A stretch of 32,000 nucleotides of DNA from Erysipelothrix inopinata (GCF_014396165.1 NZ_CP060715.1:1650001-1682000); one strand, 5' to 3'; counted from the stretch's first letter, positions 8,083 to 15,062 are shown. Notes: generated by a model from the letters alone, not told the origin. A program made the numbers and translations.

Positions 8083-9672
8083 CTAGAATCCAGCGTAAAT
8101 AATATCTACTGGGGTGTATCCGTTGCCATATGCGCCGAAGACAACAATTGATACTATGAAGACATAGGAAAGTGTCCAACGTGCCCAGATTGGCAAGGAA
8201 TTTAGTTTATCAAGAGGGTTAATATTACGTTCTTTAAGGAAATCTACAATAAATACGAGTATTATTGCAATCAGAACAATCCAAGCGTCCCCTATGTCAA
8301 ACTTGAAACGTGCCAATAAATCTGTAGTGAGCTCAGAAACATTAAAATTAAATAAAATATTCTTGAAAATGATCAATATCTTACGTATACTCTCCACACG
8401 GAATATAAGTTCACCAATCATTATGATTAGTGCCATTTTGGTTGCTTGAATCGTACGTAACAATATCTTATGGTTGTCGAGGTGTAATATTGTTTTGACT
8501 TTTTCCATAAACGGTTCAACAATCAAAGCAAGTGTAATGAGTGTGAAATAATACATCCCATACATGACAAAATTCCAACCTGAACCATGCCAGAATCCAT
8601 TACATAACCAAACCACAAACAACGCAATCGCATTAGTAATAATTAAAGAGGCATGTTTTCCAAACTTTTTACGCGTTTTCTTAGTCAATGATTTAATTCT
8701 TCGGGATAACATGACCGGATAGAATACATAATCTTTCAACCATGATCCCAAAGTAATATGCCAACGTTTCCAAAAGTCAGTCACTGTTTTTGCAAAAAAT
8801 GGTTGTCTGAAGTTTTCGGGAAGTTTGATATTGAAAATTTCGGCGGTGCCTAAACTAATATCTACAATACCGGAGAAATCCATGTAGAGCTGAATGGTAT
8901 AGATTGCTGCCCCTAAAAGCATAATTGAACCTGCAAATTGCGCATTATCAGCATCGATAATTGCAATCACAAGTGAGTTGAGGCGATCAGCAATCATTAT
9001 TTTTTTGAAAAGACCCCAGAAGATTCGCTGGATACCATGAACAAACGAATCGGAGTTAATGGCTGTTCCTGCAAAGAGTGTCTCTTTAACATCACTATAA
9101 CGTGCAATCGGTCCTTGCATAATTGTAGGGAAGAAACTGAGAAAAAGAAGTAATTTAAAATAGTTTCTTTCAGCTGAAACGACGCCTCTATAGACATCAA
9201 CACAGTATGAAATGGCTTGTAAAGAATAGAAAGAGATACCCAAAGGAACCACAAACTTTAATATTGGAACTTTAGCTTCTATTGACAGATAAGCCAGAGC
9301 CGAATTTATAGAAGATGTAATGAAAGGCGCATACTTTAGAACTATTAGTGTTCCGAGGATTATAATAATCGTCCACTTTGTTACCCTCTTCTTTTTGAAT
9401 TGGCTTTGTTGTCTTTCAACAGTCGCAATTTCAGGTTCAAGATCCTGTTTCACTAAGCTTCGTTTCGAAATGAAATCAAGCAACAACCCCGCACTATAAA
9501 TTACGAATGTTGTGATGATTATGATTAAAATCAACCATGAACTTACAAGAAAATAAAATAGCATACTTACCAATAACAACGTTACCCACCGATATTTTGA
9601 AGGGAATACTTGATAAATAAGAAATGTAAATGGCAGAAACAGAGCAAAATAAAGTGGTGAAACGTACGACAC
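8083..9672 (-). CDS. MBOAT-family membrane O-acyltransferase (DltB/AlgI-like) with a C-terminal DltX-like extension, copy 1
   Basis: It carries NFRQPFFAKTVTDFWKRWHITLGSWLKDYVFYP and ends ...FGAYGNGYTPVDIIYAGF. The GTG start at 9672 overlaps the carrier TAG stop (TAGTG). At 529 aa it is the same length as copy 2. Confidence 0.85.
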   Translation of the reverse strand: MSYVSPLYFALFLPFTFLIYQVFPSKYRWVTLLLVSMLFYFLVSSWLILIIIITTFVIYSAGLLLDFISKRSLVKQDLEPEIATVERQQSQFKKKRVTKWTIIIILGTLIVLKYAPFITSSINSALAYLSIEAKVPILKFVVPLGISFYSLQAISYCVDVYRGVVSAERNYFKLLLFLSFFPTIMQGPIARYSDVKETLFAGTAINSDSFVHGIQRIFWGLFKKIMIADRLNSLVIAIIDADNAQFAGSIMLLGAAIYTIQLYMDFSGIVDISLGTAEIFNIKLPENFRQPFFAKTVTDFWKRWHITLGSWLKDYVFYPVMLSRRIKSLTKKTRKKFGKHASLIITNAIALFVVWLCNGFWHGSGWNFVMYGMYYFTLITLALIVEPFMEKVKTILHLDNHKILLRTIQATKMALIIMIGELIFRVESIRKILIIFKNILFNFNVSELTTDLLARFKFDIGDAWIVLIAIILVFIVDFLKERNINPLDKLNSLPIWARWTLSYVFIVSIVVFGAYGNGYTPVDIIYAGF

Positions 9673-9902
9673 TATGCCTCGTCTCGCAATCTACAAATTA
9701 ACTTCCACAATGAATCCATAGAATTGAAATTAGCTGGTATTAAATCTATCGGTGAAATATCGATATCAAACTCTGATTCAATTTCAGTAACGAGTGATAA
9801 GATTGAAAGTGAATCAAGTAAACTGTCATCTACAAGTCCCGTTGCTTTTTCATAATCAATGCTTGGGTTGATTTCTACGAGTATATCTAATAATTTATCC
9901 AT
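9672..9902 (-). CDS. DltC-like aminoacyl carrier protein, copy 1
   Basis: The 76-aa protein reads ...GLVDDSLLDSLSILSLVTEIESEFDIDISPIDLIPANFNS.... It resembles DltC around the LLDS serine. An AAAGGAG SD lies inside the 3' end of the decarboxylase gene. Confidence 0.85.
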   Translation of the reverse strand: MDKLLDILVEINPSIDYEKATGLVDDSLLDSLSILSLVTEIESEFDIDISPIDLIPANFNSMDSLWKLICRLRDEA

Positions 9903-9904
9903 AA

Positions 9905-11089
9905 TTATTGCTCCTTTGCCATGTTTAATGGGTATGTTTCAATCGAATTTCTAACTTTTGTGAGTCCTTTTGCTTCTGAGTAGAAGTATACTTGTGGTAA
10001 GTCGCGACTTAGAAAAAGTGCGATTCCTTCAGTAACTGAGTAGGCTCCTACCTTGTCAAAAATAAGGAAATCTCCTATATTTACATTCTTAAGTTCGCAA
10101 CTCTTTACAAGAATATCGCTTGTCGTGCATAACGCACCACAAAGTGTCCAAGATTCTGTTTCATCGCGTTGCGATACATGAGTTTCAATATGTTTAAAAG
10201 GTGGTGTCTTCATTGCCATTGACTGTCCGAAGTAATTTACTTGGTGCATTCCCCCATTAACGATGGCGATATGAAGGTCACGATGATGTTTTATATCTTC
10301 AATGCGAGTTACGTAGTGACCACAATTAGCGACAAGGTATCGCCCTAATTCTACTGTTACCGGTAAAACTTTTGCTTGTTTCTCTAATGCCTCGTAAAGC
10401 GCAGTCGTCATAACATCCTCAAATTTTTCATCTTCTTCAAAGTAATCGATGGGTAAACCCGGACCATATTCTAACGAAAGTTTGGATGAATCTAAATAGG
10501 GTAAAGAGATGACAAACTCATTGAGTTTTCTAAAGTCTCTTTCATATTTAGTGGCTGCTTTTCGCTGTGTCCCAACAAAATAGTGAATCCCAACTATATT
10601 GAGACTTGGATATTGTGAAATATTTTCGCATATCGAAGTAATATCTGCTTTAGACATTCCAAATTGACTTCCTGAAGATAAACGCAAATAAACATTAAGT
10701 GTGGCATTGAATTCTTGTGAAGCAGCAAAGAGTAGCTCCCAATGTCTTAAAGATTCTGCTGTATAAACGATCGTTGAACCGTACTTTTCCACAACCTTAT
10801 CAATGTCTGACTTTCCTTTAAATACTCCAGAAAGTACAATTTTCGACATATCAATTCCAAGGTCTTCGCAGATATGGAACTCACCAAACGAACAGACCTC
10901 GAAAGTGTCAATATGGGGTTCCAATACTTTCACAAGAAATGGATTGGCCTTCATTGCATAACATAGTTTCGCATTTGAATTAAGATGCTTCCTTACCTCT
11001 GAAATATGGTCCGTAAGTGCATCAACGTCAAAGATATAAGCGGCATGTTCGAATAAATCTTGGTGTTCTAGGATTAGTTTTGAATTCAT
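9905..11089 (-). CDS. Fold-type III PLP-dependent decarboxylase (DapDC/ODC/BtrK-like group IV decarboxylase)
   Basis: Motifs seen: the PLP-lysine motif CYAMKANPF, GIHYFVGTQ, the glycine loop EYGPGLP, ELGRYLVANCG (EPGR-like), CGALCTTSDIL (catalytic Cys region) and VGAYS. An ATGA start/stop overlap joins it to the upstream ligase gene. Confidence 0.8.
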   Translation of the reverse strand: MNSKLILEHQDLFEHAAYIFDVDALTDHISEVRKHLNSNAKLCYAMKANPFLVKVLEPHIDTFEVCSFGEFHICEDLGIDMSKIVLSGVFKGKSDIDKVVEKYGSTIVYTAESLRHWELLFAASQEFNATLNVYLRLSSGSQFGMSKADITSICENISQYPSLNIVGIHYFVGTQRKAATKYERDFRKLNEFVISLPYLDSSKLSLEYGPGLPIDYFEEDEKFEDVMTTALYEALEKQAKVLPVTVELGRYLVANCGHYVTRIEDIKHHRDLHIAIVNGGMHQVNYFGQSMAMKTPPFKHIETHVSQRDETESWTLCGALCTTSDILVKSCELKNVNIGDFLIFDKVGAYSVTEGIALFLSRDLPQVYFYSEAKGLTKVRNSIETYPLNMAKEQ

Positions 11090-12591
11090 AGTGATTGATA
11101 CTCCAGTCTAATTTGTTTTCGGTCAAGCTTGCCATTATTGTTGAGGGGTAAGTTTTCAAATTGCTTGATAATAGTTGGAACCATATAAGACTCAACTTTT
11201 TCAATAAAATATTTCTTCAATTCGGTAGCATCAATTGAACCACTATAACAGAGAATAATTTGATGTTTTTCTTCTATATAGAAGCAACACGCCTGATTTA
11301 CTGATGTATTTTTATAGGCCATAACTTCAATGCCCTCTAATTCAATACGATGTCCCATGTGCTTGATTTGGAAGTCTTTACGACCCACGTAATAAAGCTT
11401 GTTATCGGGCATTCTATATCCCAAATCACCCGTACGATACATGCGTTCAGGATAAACTTTGTTGAGAGGATTTTGTACGAAAAATTTTTCTGTTTGTTCG
11501 GGATTGTTGTAGTAACCCAGGGCAAGACATCTTCCAGTTACACATATCTCCCCTTTTTGTTCGTATTCAGTAATGAGATGATTGGTTTCGTCGAGAAGAA
11601 AGACTTCTTCATTAAGGAATGACTTCCCGATTGGCATCGCATAATCATCATTTAGCGTTTCAGGGATTACTTCATAGGTGCAATTGCATGTAATCTCAGT
11701 AGGTCCGTACAGATTAACGTAAAGAACTGAAGGTAAAGACTTTTGAAGTTTCTTTAGAATGGGTAAAGGCATTTTCTCACCACTAAACATGATTTTATTG
11801 ATATGCTCAGGAACTTTATAACTCAGTCCTTTGAATTGGACGAGCATGCTAAGGGCAGATACGGCCCAGATTAAAGTCGTAATTTCATGATCAATAAGAT
11901 AATCCATTAATGAAGTTATCACAGAAAAGTATCTCTTCGGAATAACAACAAGAGTTGCTCCGGTTGAAAGGGCACTGTATATATCTTTGACTGAAACATC
12001 AAAATCAAAAGGTGCCTGATTTCCAATGATATCTTTATCAGTTATCTTGAAGGTCGTAGTAAATTCATCAATGAAATCAATGACAGAGCCATGACTTACA
12101 ATGACCCCTTTAGGAACACCCGTTGTTCCCGAAGTGAAATTACAATAAAGCGGATCTGTATCTAAAGCAGAACATTGAACTTTATTCAGCACATTTATAT
12201 CAGGTACTTCAGAAATAACATCTTGATAATTCAAGGTTTTTCCTGAATATTGTATTGTTGAAGGAAGGCTTGATTCATATGTAATCATGAGTTTTGCATT
12301 ACTAATATCAAGGATTTGTTGAATTCGTCCTTCATGTTGCTTTGGATCTATGAAAATATAGAAGCACCGTGCATAGGCAACTCCCATGAAGAGGCTCAAC
12401 GCTTCAGGTCCCTTCTCCATAAAAATTATGATTGGGCTTTTGGGTACCATTAGCTTTGAAAATACAGTTCCACTAGACTGCGCATGGTATAAATAGTCGC
12501 CATAAGTTAGTAATTTATCTTCACAGACTATTGCTTTTTTATCACCGTACAGTTCAGCTGTTCTCTCTAAATACTCAGTTATATTTTTCAT
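11086..12591 (-). CDS. DltA-like stand-alone amino-acid adenylating enzyme / carrier-protein ligase (ANL superfamily)
   Basis: Core motifs seen: FTSGTTGVPKGV (A3), NQAPFDFDVSVKDIY (A4), NLYGPTE (A5), YRTGDLG (A7), GRKDFQIKHMGHRIELEGIE (A8, the DFQIK form typical of DltA) and NGKLDRK (A10). At 501 aa it has no C or T domains. An ATGA overlap joins it to the kinase gene. Confidence 0.85.
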   Translation of the reverse strand: MKNITEYLERTAELYGDKKAIVCEDKLLTYGDYLYHAQSSGTVFSKLMVPKSPIIIFMEKGPEALSLFMGVAYARCFYIFIDPKQHEGRIQQILDISNAKLMITYESSLPSTIQYSGKTLNYQDVISEVPDINVLNKVQCSALDTDPLYCNFTSGTTGVPKGVIVSHGSVIDFIDEFTTTFKITDKDIIGNQAPFDFDVSVKDIYSALSTGATLVVIPKRYFSVITSLMDYLIDHEITTLIWAVSALSMLVQFKGLSYKVPEHINKIMFSGEKMPLPILKKLQKSLPSVLYVNLYGPTEITCNCTYEVIPETLNDDYAMPIGKSFLNEEVFLLDETNHLITEYEQKGEICVTGRCLALGYYNNPEQTEKFFVQNPLNKVYPERMYRTGDLGYRMPDNKLYYVGRKDFQIKHMGHRIELEGIEVMAYKNTSVNQACCFYIEEKHQIILCYSGSIDATELKKYFIEKVESYMVPTIIKQFENLPLNNNGKLDRKQIRLEYQSL

Positions 12592-13946
12592 ACTTCGTCC
12601 TCTACTAGTAACGATACCGTCACAATAAATTTACTTGCGGTTTGATGTACTTCAAAGTTACCACCCAGTTGCTGCATAACATTTGCACATGTTTTTAGCC
12701 CAATGTTAGTACTCTTTGAATTCATTTTTCCAATATCTTTAAAATTTTCAAATTCTAATACATAGTTTTCACCACGATCTAAGCCTGTGATAATTACCCC
12801 CTCTTTCAATGCGTAACGACTGATGTTACTAAATAAATTATCAAAGAGACGGTGAAGATACTGAACATCAACGCGTATGACCTTATCGGTTTCTTCAAGA
12901 TTTACAGTTACTTCGAAATCATTTGCCTGAAGATCAAATACTCGTTCATAAATCAATTGAGGCAACAGCACCATAAGTTCGTATTCTTGTGTATTAGTAT
13001 CCATGAATCCTTCATTAAAGTTAAAGGAATATTGGAACATTTTATCGGTAATTAGTTTTAATTGAAGTGTTTTATCTTTACTACGGCTGATATAGTCTCT
13101 TTTCTTTTCTTCACTCAATTCAGGATGTTCATCTAATACCTCCATGTAACCTATCAATGCTGTGAGAGGTGTACGGACATCATGAGACAATTCACTTACC
13201 AGGTCATAATTAGTTTTTACGACTTCTTGTTCTCGTTTCATCTGATCAACCAATGAAAAACGCATAGAATCAACATGATAGGCAAGCTGTGTTAGTTCAC
13301 TACACCCTTCCTTTGTAACAGGATAGTTAATATTTCCACATTCAATTTGTGTTACTTCATCGGAGAGTCTTTTGACTTTACGAATGATTTTATTAGTGAA
13401 TAAAATTTGTAAGAACATAAACATGAGGATTCCAAAGCCTATTGAACCTATTTTGATGAGATTGTACCAAAAGACTTCCGTTGATTCACTGACATATAAC
13501 ATAAAGTTACCATCAGCAAATTGAATATCACGAACAGGATATGCAATGGTCGTCTCTAATACTTCATCGTCAAAACCCTTAACTTCTTCCACAACAGTTT
13601 CATCAAGATAAACAGGATCGGTCTCTGACCAATGACCGGATTCATAAACTACAAATCCCTCTTCATCAATCAAGAAAAGATAAACGTCTGGATTTTGCTT
13701 TATCCATGAGGACATTTTATAGTAGTCCATTGAAGAAAGATTATTATCGACAACATAATCTTCGAATGAATCTTCGTATGCGAGACGTCGTGACTCAACG
13801 GCACTTTGTTTGAGATAAAATTTTTCGATAAGTTGTGCCCCTGTAAGATACAAAATCCAACTAAACAGCGAACAGATAATTAAGCTTATGAGAAAATACG
13901 CAATATGAATTGTTCTTAATCGCTTAAATTTCAAATTTTCCATCAA
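12588..13946 (-). CDS. Sensor histidine kinase: two TM segments flanking an extracytoplasmic domain of about 125 aa, then HisKA plus HATPase
   Basis: TM1 is IHIAYFLISLIICSLFSWILYL and TM2 is IKIGSIGFGILMFMFLQILF. The H-box is SELSHDVRTPLTAL and the N-box is LFDNLFSNISRYA. It overlaps the response regulator gene by 23 nt. Confidence 0.85.
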   Translation of the reverse strand: MMENLKFKRLRTIHIAYFLISLIICSLFSWILYLTGAQLIEKFYLKQSAVESRRLAYEDSFEDYVVDNNLSSMDYYKMSSWIKQNPDVYLFLIDEEGFVVYESGHWSETDPVYLDETVVEEVKGFDDEVLETTIAYPVRDIQFADGNFMLYVSESTEVFWYNLIKIGSIGFGILMFMFLQILFTNKIIRKVKRLSDEVTQIECGNINYPVTKEGCSELTQLAYHVDSMRFSLVDQMKREQEVVKTNYDLVSELSHDVRTPLTALIGYMEVLDEHPELSEEKKRDYISRSKDKTLQLKLITDKMFQYSFNFNEGFMDTNTQEYELMVLLPQLIYERVFDLQANDFEVTVNLEETDKVIRVDVQYLHRLFDNLFSNISRYALKEGVIITGLDRGENYVLEFENFKDIGKMNSKSTNIGLKTCANVMQQLGGNFEVHQTASKFIVTVSLLVEDEV

Positions 13947-14634
13947 TACGATACCCCTTTCCCCATACGGTTTTTATGATTGAATCATTCTGACTTGTAT
14001 CCAGTTTCTTTCTAATATTGAAGATATGAACCATGATAGTATTGTTTGCGGATGCGAAATAAGGTTCATTCCAAATTTCTTCAAACAGTTGTTTCGCATC
14101 GAACACTCTTCCTGGATTGGTAATCAACAAGAATAGGATATCTGCTTCTACAGATGTGAGGTCAATTTTCGAATTATTACGTCGTACTGTTTTGTTTTTA
14201 AGATCAAAGTCAGTTCCTTCAAAGGTCGTAATTGTTTTGTCTTTTTCATTGTATCCATAATTATAAATGCGATAACGTCTGATTAATGCCTCAACCTTAG
14301 CAAGAAGTTCTACTTTAGAAAACGGCTTGGAGAGGAAATCATCACCCCCGTTTGAATAGGCTTCAACAATATCGATCTCTCCAGATTTTGCTGTTAGAAA
14401 TAAAATAGGCGCTTTCGTCATTTCTCGGATCTTAATACACGCTTCAAGTCCGGTGACACGAGGCATCATAATATCGAGAATTATTAAGTCAAAGAGATTA
14501 TTGGAATCGGTGATGATGTCAATAGCATCTTGGCCGTCAACAGCTTCAGAAACATCGTAACCTTTAAATTCAAGTTGCAATCGGATGACTGCACGAATAT
14601 CTTCTTCATCATCAACAATGAGTATTTTTTTCAT
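13924..14634 (-). CDS. OmpR/PhoB-family response regulator
   Basis: The receiver domain has ILIVDDEED, LIILDIMMP (phospho-Asp), LFLTAK and SKPF. The C-terminal winged helix ends TVWGKGYRI. An AAGAGGAGG SD precedes the ATG. Confidence 0.9.
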   Translation of the reverse strand: MKKILIVDDEEDIRAVIRLQLEFKGYDVSEAVDGQDAIDIITDSNNLFDLIILDIMMPRVTGLEACIKIREMTKAPILFLTAKSGEIDIVEAYSNGGDDFLSKPFSKVELLAKVEALIRRYRIYNYGYNEKDKTITTFEGTDFDLKNKTVRRNNSKIDLTSVEADILFLLITNPGRVFDAKQLFEEIWNEPYFASANNTIMVHIFNIRKKLDTSQNDSIIKTVWGKGYRIDGKFEI

Positions 14635-14654
14635 AGATACCTCCTCTTATTTTT

Positions 14655-14717
14655 ATTATAGCATTGGGTTTGGTTTGAAAATATAAGTAGAAACGTTTAT
14701 TAAGAAATATTAAGAAA
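14655..14717 (-). promoter_or_regulatory. Candidate extended -10 promoter (TGcTATAAT) with two perfect tandem 10-bp direct repeats upstream. This is a putative response-regulator operator for the dlt-like operon.
   Basis: On the minus strand, TATAAT lies at 14655-14660 with TG at 14662-14663. TTTCTTAATA TTTCTTAATA lies at 14698-14717, with a third degenerate copy TTTCTACTTA at 14684-14693. Confidence 0.45.
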
Positions 14718-14723
14718 GTCATG

Positions 14724-14957
14724 CTATTGGCCATCTTGTTGTATTTTTTTTATTATAAATTTAGTTAAGAAAAATGAAATAATCAGTGTGCATAGAATGA
14801 GAAAGATAAAAACAGAATCCATCCAAGATGCTTTCTCAGGACTAGGATAATAACCGCCTTCTGATACAATTTCTGAAATCGATGCAATTATATATTCATT
14901 AAAGAGTAGAAATGTAAATACCATTGATATAATAAGTGCTTTTACGTTATTTGACAT
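14724..14957 (-). CDS. Small (77 aa) two-TM membrane protein of unknown function, directly upstream of the two-component system
   Basis: The protein reads MSNNVKALIISMVFTFLLFNEYIIASI...SWMDSVFIFLILCTLIISFFLTKFII. The track ORF starts at 15002, but an AGGGAG SD sits 6 nt before the ATG at 14957. I recognise no homolog. Confidence 0.5.
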   Translation of the reverse strand: MSNNVKALIISMVFTFLLFNEYIIASISEIVSEGGYYPSPEKASWMDSVFIFLILCTLIISFFLTKFIIKKIQQDGQ

Positions 14958-15026
14958 AGTAATCTCCCTATTACTATAGTAATGGCCTGGTGTGAATATC
15001 ATGTGTAATTTTAATGATAAGTCATG

Positions 15027-15062
15027 TAAAAAAGCCTGTACTCATGAAATGTACAGGCTTTT
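15027..15062 (-). terminator. Rho-independent terminator of deoB
   Basis: The minus strand reads AGCCTGTACatttcatgaGTACAGGCT followed by TTTTTT. It begins 15 nt after the deoB stop. Confidence 0.8.
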
